Shown here: piece after piece, positions 1-10,358 of the stretch
How the letters are laid out: every line of letters begins with the position of its first letter
Position numbering within the stretch: the first letter of the stretch is position 1
Assembly (NCBI GenBank): GCA_038087875.1
Contig: JAXLNO010000675.1
Location: forward strand, 1-64,000
Length of the DNA: 64,000 bases
Origin: Malacoraja senta
Taxonomy: Eukaryota
Direction of reading: 5' to 3'
Translations under genes and position numbers: made by a program
The notes under the pieces: generated by a model
Told to the model about the DNA's origin: nothing
The model's database searches: none
What the model saw: only the letters and a program-made list of their open reading frames with translations

Positions 1-3000
1 GACTCCGGTTAACCCTTTCAGCGAACAGCTCTCTTTTAACAATACTAAAACCAATTCAAAATAGTTAAGAGATAAAGAGTGAGGAATATATGTAACTGAA
101 TACAATTGAAGTCGGAATGAAACATATATATATACTGCATCTAGGGTGAAATAGAACTGATTTGGAAACGGTACAGACCCCCTAGGTTTTGGGTAATAAA
201 GGCAGCGGGGCTAACGTCATAACATCTACGCCGGAAGCGATATAGATGTCGTACCCCACAGACGAGTGGGACACTCACTACGGTGTTGAAATCTCAGACA
301 CCGTACACTTATTTGATATACTTTTTTAAATTTTTTATCACAATACGTCACATCTATGTGTTTTCTTTCCAAGGACAATCGCGGAGGAGAACTACCAAGG
401 AAGTCTATAATAGGAATGCCCCCAAAATAACCAGAGTCCTGAGGTATGAATGCACCATAATAAATAAGATCATTAAAATTGGTAAAAATGTATGATGATA
501 ATCAAAAGAAAATGGGAGGAATCACACTATGTAGCTGGAATATAAGGGGTATTAATGAACCTATTAAAAGGAGCAAGATACTAGCTCAGTTGAAATCATA
601 CAACACGGACATTTCGTTTCTACAGGAAACGCATCTTAAACATCAAGATCAGACGAGACTGAGGGCGAACTGGATAGGACAAACATTTCACTCTTCATTC
701 ACCTCCAAATCTAGAGGCACTGCAATCATCATTCGTAAAGGAATTCCATTTAAATCAAAGAATACTATTTTAGATAAGGAAGGGAGATACCTTATAGTAG
801 CAGGAGAGATCAATAATACGGCAATTACGCTGGTAAATATATACGCGCCCAATTTCGATAACCCTCAATTTTTTAATAAAATTCTGAATATAATTGCAGA
901 ATTTAATTTTCAAAATGTTATAATTGGAGGAGACTTTAACTGTGTTGTAGACCCTTATCTAGATAAATCGATTCAAAAACAAAAAGGTAATATGAAATCT
1001 AAAACCAGTGAACTTTTACATACATATATGGAAAACACAAATATAGCAGAGTGTGGAGGATTGCAAACCCGACGGGAAGGGATTATTCGTTTTATTCAAC
1101 GGTGCATAAAACATACTCACGGATAGACTACTTTCTTGTGGATACAAAATTAATTCCGCACACTATGAACGCTAAATACCACACTAATGCGATCTCAGAC
1201 CACTCTCCGTTAACTTTTGTTTTAAAACTAGAAGGAATGTCTATGAATAAATCGTTCTGGAGGTTTAACTCGCAAATTTTAAAAGACCCACAAGGGAGTA
1301 TATATCTAAAAAAACAGATGGATCTATTTTTTGAGATAAATGATACACCAGATATTTCCCCCACGCTATTATGGAAATCCTTCAAAGCATTTATTAGAGG
1401 AGTCATTATTTCATTCCAAGCTTATCAAAATAAAAAGAATAAGAATGAACAAAGACATTTAGAAGAACAAATAAAACAATTAGATACAGATAATGCTAAA
1501 GATCCAACTATGGATAAACATAATAAAATCCTACTATTGAAATTCAAGCTAAATAAATTACTGTCAGAGAAAGTTATAACATTATTTCAAATCACAAAAC
1601 AAGAACACTTCGAATTCGGGGACAAACCCCACAAACTCCTAGCACGGCAACTGAAAAAACGGGAAAAAGAGAATGCAATATTAAAGATTAAATCAGACAG
1701 AGGGGAATTATTAACACTACCCAAGGATATCAATAAAAGATTTGCTCAATTTTACCAGAATCTATACACATCTAAAACGTTAATAGACAATGATAAAATC
1801 TCAGAATTTTTAGATAACTGTAACCTACCACAATTAGAACTGAGGGAACAAGACGAACTGGGAGCACAAATTACTTCTAAGGAGATAGAAGACACAATAA
1901 AAACACTAAAGAATGGAAAAACACCAGGACCAGACGGATTCAGTAATGAATTTTATAAATCTTTATGACATAGTTACTCCACGATTACAGAAAATGTATA
2001 CACATGCTTTTAAAGAGCAAAACTTACCTGAAACACTAGCAGAATCAACGATCATATTAATACTTAAAAAAGATAAAAATATAGAAGAACCAGGCTATAG
2101 CTTTGTTAAATACGGATCAAAAAATAATAGCGAAAACACTAGCCAGTAGACTAAGCAGGTATGTTAGTAGACTAATAAATGAGGATCAAACAGGATTTAT
2201 ACCTAAGAGACATTCATTTAATTATTGAGACGTTTGCTTAACATAATGCACTCGCATAAATCTCAGGACCAAGAGTTATCTATCATCTCATTGGATGCAG
2301 AAAAAGCGTTTGATCAAGTAGAATGGGACTATATGATTAAAGTATTGCAAAAATTCCAATTGGGAGAGAACTTCATTGCATGGATAAAACTATTATATAA
2401 CAAACCTACGGCTAGAATACTAACTAATAATATATTATCCTCGAAATTTGAACTATCAAGGGGCAATAGACAAGGATGTTCATTATCACCGCTGTTATTT
2501 GCTTTAGTAATTGAACCCCTTGCTGAAAAAATAAGAACACACATGGATATTTACGGTTATAATACAAAATATTCAAATAACAAAATATCCTTATATGCCG
2601 ATGACGTACTATTGTACATCACAAAACCACAAATTAGTATACCAAATATATTAAATTTAATTGAGGACTTTGGATCCTTTTCAGTATATAGAATAAACTG
2701 GAACAAAAGTGAAATTATGTCGATAAAACCAAAAGACTCAACACACCTCAGGAAATTCCCCTTTAAAATAGCTACAGAAAAATTCAAATATTTGGGAATT
2801 GAAATTACTAGAAATTACCAGGATATGTTTAAAGCCAATTATAATCCCTTACTTAAGAAATTAAATAATATGATTAAATTCTGGAAAACACTTCCGATGT
2901 CCTTAATAGGCAGAATAAAGGCTATAAAAATGATTTTCTTACCACAAATCCTATACCTATTTCAATCAATACCTATATATCTCCCAAAAAAGTTTTTCAA

Positions 3001-3564
3001 AAAATTGGACTCACACATTACAAATTTTATATGGGATTATAAATCCCATAGAATACAAAGAGCACACCTTAATAAACGAAAAGAGTTGGGGGTCTCGCGC
3101 TCCCTAACTTTATGTATTATAAATGGGCAGTAAATATTAAAAATATGATTCACCTGCTGGACAATTCTGCCCAGCAGGTGGACTGGATTATAATGGAAAA
3201 AGGGGACTGTTCCCCGAGTACTATAGGAGCGATTATTCTCTCTCCAATAAATTTGAATAATAAAAATTATAATAAAAACCCAATTATAAATAGCACAATT
3301 AGAACATGGAAACAAATAAAACAGAATCTAAAATTAAGAAACCTATCTCTCTCAATACCAATAGTTAATAACCCATCGTTTAAACCTTCAACCATAGACA
3401 AATCATTTATACAATGGGAAAGAATGGGAATCAATACGCTCGAAGATCTGTATGAATTGGGAAAATTACTATCATTTCAACAACTACAACTGAAATATAA
3501 TCTGAAAAATAATCAATATTTTAAATATCTACAAATTCGTGATTACCTGAAAAAATACACAAAA
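1..3564 (+). mobile_element. L1-clade LINE (copy A), 5' part: inter-ORF spacer and frameshifted ORF2 (APE endonuclease + RT)
   Basis: ORFs 479-1126 (SWNIRG, LQETHL, NIYAPN, GGDFN), 1051-1968 (YSRIDY, SDH, KTPGPDG) and 2225-3133 (SLDAEKAFD, RQGCSLSP, LYADD) are successive frameshifted pieces of L1 ORF2 starting at ATG 488. The 5' end lies outside the window. Confidence 0.95.
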
Positions 3565-5014
3565 GACTCCTCCCATTTCCTCCAAATACAAGGCGTAGCT
3601 ATGGGCACACGCATGGGCCCCAGCTACGCCTGCCTCTTTGTCGGGTACGTAGAACAATCCCTGTTCAATGCGTACCAGGGCCCCATCCCCGACCTCTACC
3701 TCCGCTACATCGATGATTGTTTTGGTGCCACATCCTGCACCCACACACAACTGACTGACTTCATCCGCTTCACCACCAACTTCCATCCGGCACTCAAATA
3801 CACCTGGACCATTTCCGACACTTCCCTACCATTCCTTGACCTCACTATCTCCATCGCAGGTGATAGACTCCTTACCGACATCCACTACAAACCTACCGAC
3901 TCCCATGGATATCTGGACTACACTTCTTCCCACCCTGCTTCCTGTAAGGACTCCATCCCCCACTCCCAATTCCTCCGTCTACGCCGCATCTGCTCCCAGG
4001 ATGAGGCGTTCCACACCAGGGCATCTGAAATGTCCTCATTCTTCAGGGAACGGGGGTTCCCCTCCTCCACCATAGATGAGGCTCGCACCAGGGTCTCTGC
4101 CATACCCCGCAACACTGCTCTCTCTCCCCATCCCCCCACTCACAACAAAGGCAGAGTCCCCCTAGTCCTCACCTTTCACCCCACCAGCCGTCACATACAA
4201 CAAGTGATCCTCCGTCAGTTCCGCCACCTCCAACGTGACCCCACCACTCGCCACATCTTCCCATCTCCCCCATGTCTGCCTTCCGCAAAGACCGCTCCCT
4301 CCGTAACTCCCTTGTCAATTCTTCCCTTCCCTCCCATACCACCCCCTCCCCTGGTACTTTCCCTTGCAACCGCAAGAGATGCAACACTTGTCCCTTCACT
4401 TCCCCCCTCCACTCCATTCCAGGACCCAAGCAGCCGTTCCAGGTGCGACAGAGGTTCACCTGCATCTCCTCCAACCTCATCTATTGCATTCGCTGCTCTA
4501 GATGCCAGCTGATCTACATCGGTGAGACCAAGCGGAGGCTTGGCGATCGTTTCGCCGAACACCTCCGGTCGGTCCGCAATAACCAACCTGAACTCCCGGT
4601 GGCTCAGCACTTCAACTCCCCCTCCCATTCCGTATCTGACCTCTCTGTCCTGGGTCTCCTCCATGGCCACAGCGAGCAACACCGTAAATTGGAGGAAATG
4701 CACCTCATATTCCGCTTGGGCAGTCTACATCCTGGTGGCCTGAACGTTGAATTCTCCCAATTCTGCTAGCCCTGGCTGTCCCCTCCCCTTCATCAGCCAT
4801 CTGGTTGTCTCCGCTCCTCCCCCAGCCCTCGGGCTCCTCCTCCTCCTTTTCCTTTTTTCCTTTCTTCTCCCCACCCCCTATCAGTCTGAAGAAGGGTTTC
4901 GGCCCGAAACGTTACCTATTTCCTTCGCTCCATAGATGCTGCTGCACCCGCTGAGTTTCTCCAGCATTTTTGTGTACCTTCGATTTTCCAGCATCTGCAG
5001 TTCCTTCTTTAACA
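3565..5014 (+). mobile_element. 5'-truncated Penelope-like element copy (RT C-terminal half + GIY-YIG + pseudo-LTR), upstream member of a partial tandem
   Basis: Nearly identical to 7482-8932 (about 6 differences seen by eye, including a 1-bp deletion near 4271). Contains GVAMG, RYIDD and LIY..YIGET motifs. Confidence 0.95.
4884..4915 (+). ncRNA. Minimal type I hammerhead ribozyme motif in upstream pseudo-LTR
   Basis: GT-CTGAAGA-A-GGGT(TTCG)GCCC-GAAACGTT-AC: CUGANGA core, helix II with a UUCG loop, GAAA, palindromic ACGU helix III and a GUU triplet. Confidence 0.8.
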
Positions 5015-5048
5015 CTTTGTCTACTCCACTGCGAAATCTCGTTAAGGT

Positions 5049-8000
5049 ATGCCTACTTTGAAGAAGTTCTCCTCCTCTCTCCGGAGACTGTTCCACACCC
5101 AACTCGCTAACTGCCCCATCTCTGTGATCCCCCCTGCCCTCCAACTCTACGACCATATCCTTACCCAAACTCGATACCACAGCCACATCTGCTTCCTCGG
5201 GGCATGCCTGCGCCTCCATCTCATACCTCATGGCTTCCAGCTCCAGTTCCCTACTTCCCAGTTCGGACCTCAGCCGGACTATCGGTACCGACTGGCTATC
5301 TACCGGCATACCCAACAATTCTCCACCCGGGCACTGAGATCCACACTGACTGCGATGCGCCGGCACCAGCAGGACCTCGCATTGACTCTCCCGGAACTTC
5401 GGGCCTCACTCACCCAGACCTGCAACGGACCACAACTGTACTTTATCCGCCGGAAGATCCACCTCTTCAATAAAAGATTCCTGGCCCACCTCAACTCCAC
5501 CAAGGACCTTAAATTAGCCCGCCTCCAGGCCGCTCCCGCCGCCGACTCTCCGCGACTCGACCGCCCGCTGGCTCCGGGCCCCAACTCCGGCCCGCATCGC
5601 CTGCCCCGGTCCCGCGACGCCATCTTGTCCACGGGGAGCGACTCCAGTACTCACCAGGACGCCATCTTGTCCACGGGGAGCGCCTCCAGTACTCACCAGG
5701 AGGTCGCCTTCACCGACCTCCATGTCGATGCTGCCGCCGACCTTCACCTGCCTACCGATGACGCCCAGGCTCGCCGCTTCTACGGTAACTCGGACTTCCT
5801 TCCCCTCGCCGATTCCTCCGAACCTCGCCGCCCCCCGGGACCTCCCAGCATCGCCGCCGGACCGGGCCCATCCAGCATCGCCGCCGGACCGGGCCCACTC
5901 TACACGGCCGCCGGACCGGGGATCCACGAACTTCGCCGCCGCACCGCACCCTATTCACCCCGTCGCCTCACCGGACTGGTCGAACCGCGCCGCCCCACCG
6001 ACCATCCGCCTACCGGGACCTCCCACGCATCGCCCGTGGACCCCGACTCTACTGCCCACCTACCCCGACCATCGGGTCCGCCGACCCTCGCCACTGCAAC
6101 GCCCTCCAGCCCCACCGACCCCGACTACACTGCCCACGGACCCCGACCGTCGGGTCCGCTGACCCTCGCCACTGCACCTCCCTCCAGCAGCCCGCAGCCG
6201 TCGCCTTACCTGCAAACTGGACTCTGTACTGGGCCTGAAGCCTCCACGCTGTTCACTCCCACTCTCCTGGGTTTGACTCCACTGGGTCCTAGCGCTAGTC
6301 TGCCTAGCCCTGGTTATCTCAGTGGCAGTTCCACTGATTCTTCCCCATCCCTCTCCAACTATGGGACCACTTCTCTTCCACACCCACACCACTGCCCTCT
6401 CACCCCCCCACCCCCTGACCACCCACCACCCCCCCACCACACATCGCCTCGTCCCCATTACACCCACCTGCCTTCCTCCGGCCCCAACCCCCATCCCTGC
6501 CGGGTGTTCACCATCCCCCCCGACCTCCCCCTCTCCGACATCGAACGGTCTGTCCTCAGCAGAGGTCTTACCTTTGTCCCCCTCCGTCCCCATCTCAATG
6601 AGTTCCGTGCCCTCCATGACTTGGAACGCTTCTACCGTCGCCTCCGCCTCACAGCTCACTTCCATGGGAAGCAGTCCTCGCTCCCCACTGATGACCCCTT
6701 TTCCCGTCTCCAACGCACCCCATCCTCATGGAACCCCCCTCGCAGCATTCCGGCTTTAGAACTCTTTATTAAAAACTGCCGCCGTGACATCAGCCGCCTC
6801 AACTTCTCCACTCTCCTGTCTCACTCCAATCTCTCCCCCCTTGAACGCACTGCCATCGACTCACTCCGCAACAACCTAGATTGGGTTATCAAACCCGCCG
6901 ACAAGGGAGGTGCCGTGGTAGTCTGGCGCGTCGACCTCTACAAAGCTGAGGCCACGCGCCAACTCTCGGACACCTCTTCCTACTTACCCCTGGACCATGA
7001 CCTCACTGACGAGCACCAGGCCACCATCTCCAGCACCATCACCAACTTCATCCACTCCCACGCCCTGCCCGAACGAGCCTCCAACCTCATCGTTCCCCAG
7101 CCCCGCACAGCCCGCTTTTACCTTTTCCCCAAAATCCACAAACCTGACTGTCCCGGTAGACCCATTGTCTCTGCCTGTTCTTGCCCCACCGAACTCATCT
7201 CCACCTACCTCGACTCCATACTATCCCCCTTGGTTAAATCCCTCCCCACCTATGTTAAAGACACCTCAGACACTCTCCGTCATCTCCGCGCATTCCACTC
7301 TCTAGGCCCTCACCCCCTCATCTTCACCATGGACGTCCAGTCACTGTACACCTCCATCCCCCACCAGGATGGTCTCAAAGCCCTCCGTTTTTTCCTCGAC
7401 CGTAGAAGCAATCTATACCCGGCCACTGACACCCTCCTCCGCCTAGCGGAGCTGGTACTTACTCTTAATAACTTTTCATTTGACTCCTCCCATTTCCTCC
7501 AAATACAAGGCGTAGCTATGGGCACACGCATGGGCCCCAGCTACGCCTGCCTCTTTGTCGGGTACGTAGAACAATCCCTGTTCAATGCGTACCAGGGCCC
7601 CATCCCCGACCTCTACCTCCGCTACATCGATGATTGTTTTGGTGCCACATCCTGCACCCACACACAACTGACTGACTTCATCCGCTTCACCACCAACTTC
7701 CATCCGGCACTCAAATACACCTGGACCATTTCCGACACTTCCCTACCATTCCTTGACCTCACTATCTCCATCGCAGGTGATAGACTCCTTACCGACATCC
7801 ACTACAAACCTACCGACTCCCATGGCTATCTGGACTACACTTCTTCCCACCCTGCTTCCTGTAAGGACTCCATCCCCCACTCCCAATTCCTCCGTCTACG
7901 CCGCATCTGCTCCCAGGATGAGGCGTTCCACACCAGGGCATCTGAAATGTCCTCATTCTTCAGGGAACGGGGGTTCCCCTCCTCCACCATAGATGAGGCT

Positions 8001-8687
8001 CGCACCAGGGTCTCTGCCATACCCCGCAACACTGCTCTCTCTCCCCATCCCCCCACTCACAACAAAGGCAGAGTCCCCCTAATCCTCACCTTTCACCCCA
8101 CCAGCCGTCACATACAACAAGTGATCCTCCGTCAGTTCCGCCACCTCCAACGTGACCCCACCACTCGCCACATCTTCCCATCTCCCCCTATGTCTGCCTT
8201 CCGCAAAGACCGCTCCCTCCGTAACTCCCTTGTCAATTCTTCCCTTCCCTCCCATACCACCCCCTCCCCTGGTACTTTCCCTTGCAACCGCAAGAGATGC
8301 AACACTTGTCCCTTCACTTCCCCCCTCCACTCCATTCCAGGACCCAAGCAGTCGTTCCAGGTGCGACAGAGGTTCACCTGCATCTCCTCCAACCTCATCT
8401 ATTGCATTCGCTGCTCTAGATGCCAGCTGATCTACATCGGTGAGACCAAGCGGAGGCTTGGCGATCGTTTCGCCGAACACCTCCGGTCGGTCCGCAATAA
8501 CCAACCTGAACTCCCGGTGGCTCAGCACTTCAACTCCCCCTCCCATTCCGTATCTGACCTCTCTGTCCTGGGTCTCCTCCATGGCCACAGCGAGCAACAC
8601 CGTAAATTGGAGGAAATGCACCTCGTATTCCGCTTGGGCAGTCTACATCCTGGTGGCCTGAACGTTGAATTCTCCCAATTCTGCTAG
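5049..8687 (+). CDS. Penelope-like element polyprotein: N-terminal domain, Pro/Ser-rich linker, reverse transcriptase, Cys-rich linker, GIY-YIG endonuclease (1212 aa, uninterrupted)
   Basis: Motifs HICFLGACLRLHLIPHG, KPADKGG, PKIHK..GRPIVS, DVQSLYTSIP, GVAMG, RYIDD, FLDL, CNRKRCNTC and NLIYCIRC..C..IYIGET..RL..R..EH. The CxxxxCxxC linker between RT and GIY-YIG is typical of the Neptune clade. Confidence 0.95.
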   Translation: MPTLKKFSSSLRRLFHTQLANCPISVIPPALQLYDHILTQTRYHSHICFLGACLRLHLIPHGFQLQFPTSQFGPQPDYRYRLAIYRHTQQFSTRALRSTLTAMRRHQQDLALTLPELRASLTQTCNGPQLYFIRRKIHLFNKRFLAHLNSTKDLKLARLQAAPAADSPRLDRPLAPGPNSGPHRLPRSRDAILSTGSDSSTHQDAILSTGSASSTHQEVAFTDLHVDAAADLHLPTDDAQARRFYGNSDFLPLADSSEPRRPPGPPSIAAGPGPSSIAAGPGPLYTAAGPGIHELRRRTAPYSPRRLTGLVEPRRPTDHPPTGTSHASPVDPDSTAHLPRPSGPPTLATATPSSPTDPDYTAHGPRPSGPLTLATAPPSSSPQPSPYLQTGLCTGPEASTLFTPTLLGLTPLGPSASLPSPGYLSGSSTDSSPSLSNYGTTSLPHPHHCPLTPPPPDHPPPPHHTSPRPHYTHLPSSGPNPHPCRVFTIPPDLPLSDIERSVLSRGLTFVPLRPHLNEFRALHDLERFYRRLRLTAHFHGKQSSLPTDDPFSRLQRTPSSWNPPRSIPALELFIKNCRRDISRLNFSTLLSHSNLSPLERTAIDSLRNNLDWVIKPADKGGAVVVWRVDLYKAEATRQLSDTSSYLPLDHDLTDEHQATISSTITNFIHSHALPERASNLIVPQPRTARFYLFPKIHKPDCPGRPIVSACSCPTELISTYLDSILSPLVKSLPTYVKDTSDTLRHLRAFHSLGPHPLIFTMDVQSLYTSIPHQDGLKALRFFLDRRSNLYPATDTLLRLAELVLTLNNFSFDSSHFLQIQGVAMGTRMGPSYACLFVGYVEQSLFNAYQGPIPDLYLRYIDDCFGATSCTHTQLTDFIRFTTNFHPALKYTWTISDTSLPFLDLTISIAGDRLLTDIHYKPTDSHGYLDYTSSHPASCKDSIPHSQFLRLRRICSQDEAFHTRASEMSSFFRERGFPSSTIDEARTRVSAIPRNTALSPHPPTHNKGRVPLILTFHPTSRHIQQVILRQFRHLQRDPTTRHIFPSPPMSAFRKDRSLRNSLVNSSLPSHTTPSPGTFPCNRKRCNTCPFTSPLHSIPGPKQSFQVRQRFTCISSNLIYCIRCSRCQLIYIGETKRRLGDRFAEHLRSVRNNQPELPVAQHFNSPSHSVSDLSVLGLLHGHSEQHRKLEEMHLVFRLGSLHPGGLNVEFSQFC

Positions 8688-8801
8688 CCCTGGCTGTCCC
8701 CTCCCCTTCATCAGCCATCTGGTTGTCTCCGCCCCTCCCCCAGCCCTCGGGCTCCTCCTCCTCCTTTTCCTTTTTTCCTTTCTTCTCCCCACCCCCTATC
8801 A

Positions 8802-8833
8802 GTCTGAAGAAGGGTTTCGGCCCGAAACGTTAC
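8802..8833 (+). ncRNA. Minimal type I hammerhead ribozyme motif in downstream pseudo-LTR
   Basis: Identical to the motif at 4884-4915. Confidence 0.8.
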
Positions 8834-8932
8834 CTATTTCCTTCGCTCCATAGATGCTGCTGCACCCGCTGAGTTTCTCCAGCATTTTTGTGTACCTTCG
8901 ATTTTCCAGCATCTGCAGTTCCTTCTTTAACA

Positions 8933-10024
8933 AAACATCATAATATGCCTTCCGACTTACTAGATGAAGCAATGAAGACAAAGGCGGAATCAGCTAATCT
9001 AATATCGTACTTATATAATATCATTTTAAACATAGAAATACCCACAACAGAAGGAATTAGAAGAGACTGGGAACAAGAATTAGCTATAAAAATTTCAAAA
9101 GAGAGCTGGGATAACCACTTACTACAGGTGCATAAATGTTCGATCAACCTACGACATACGCTCATCCAATTCAAAACATTACATAGACTATATTATTCAA
9201 AAACTAAATTAAATAAAATCTTTCCTAATGTTTCACCAATCTGTGATAAATGTCTATGTCAAGAAGCTACCATAGCGCATTCTTTTGTTTTTTGTACAAA
9301 AATCCAAAATTTTTGGTATGAAATATTTGATATTTTCTCAAAATTAATTAAAATAAAACTGGTACCAAAACCAGAATGGATCATTTTTGGAATATCGGAA
9401 GGTATCCCTGAATGAAACGTGTATCAGAAGAACTTATTCAATTACGGGCTAATAATGGGAAAAAGGCTCATACTTAAATTCTGGAAAAATGCGCCCACAC
9501 CAACAATAAAAATGTGGACATCAAATATGTTGGAAACATTACATCTGGAAGAGATGAGATTCCTCTTAGCAGGGAAAGCAGACCAATTCCAAAAGACGTG
9601 GTCTACGTTTCTGGACATATTACAAGCATGAGGTGCAATAGTAATTTTTAAAAATAAATAAAGAAAGAAATGGTATCAGGACCTGGTAATGGGAGGTAAA
9701 ACAATAAAAACAGACTTGGTCGGTGGTTCCCTTTCTGCGATTGTTCCTACTTTCTTTTTCTTTCTTTTCTAGGAGCTACTTTCTTACTTTACTTCCTTCT
9801 CTAACTTCTTTTCTAAGGGGCTTTCTTTTCACAACACTCTCTTGCACCTCACGACTCTTGCGCACTTTCTTTACTTTTCTTACTTCTATCTTTCTCTTAA
9901 AGCTCAAAAAAATGAAGCGGTATAAAAATGTATTAAGATATAAGTGTTGTGTATTACTGTAATTTACCGTACTTCTAATAAAAATAATTTAAAAAAAATA
10001 AAATAAAATAAAAAAAAAAAAAAA
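8933..10024 (+). mobile_element. L1 copy A, 3' part: ORF2 C-terminus (zinc knuckle), T-rich 3' UTR, AATAAA and poly(A) tail
   Basis: CDKCLCQEATIAHSFVFC (CCHC), stop at 9631, AATAAA near 9977, A-rich tail 9991-10024. Collinear with the end of L1 copy B ORF2. Confidence 0.93.
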
Positions 10025-10358
10025 CATTAGTACTCGTCACTTATGTCTTCTTACAATTAATGTACTCCATTTATTTTTTACACTAGGAAAAGAAAAGATT
10101 GAAAGAAAGGAGAAAGTGAAGGAAAAAGTGAAAGTGTAGAAAATGTGACAACAAAAAAGGACGAAGACCCTATAAGAGCAAAATTAAAAAACAAAAGAAA
10201 AAGAGTTAAGAAATAGACCCTAGAAAAGAAAGAGAAAGAAAAAAAGGAAAAAGAGAGAAACAAATATTTTTATGAGCATTACGTAAATGGGACATACCAA
10301 CTCTTCAACTAGCATCCCCCCTTACCTGACCTCAATTTTTTTAAAGTACTTTTGCACC

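Larger units (their letters stand above)
5015..8932 (+). mobile_element. Full-length Penelope-like retroelement (Neptune-type) inserted in L1 copy A
   Basis: A single long ORF followed by a ~245-bp pseudo-LTR (8688-8932) that is repeated at 4770-5014. L1 ORF2 resumes immediately afterwards. Confidence 0.93.

Noticed and set aside
3565..5014. Possible assembly artefact duplicating the PLE 3' end
   Set aside because: The copies differ at about 6 positions, partial tandems are the normal PLE structure, and the host L1 rejoins cleanly across the whole insert.
5204..8718. Numerous overlapping ORFs on both strands of the PLE, and similar ones over CR1, L1 and the GC-rich inserts
   Set aside because: Shadow frames caused by C-rich or GC-rich composition; no independent coding evidence.
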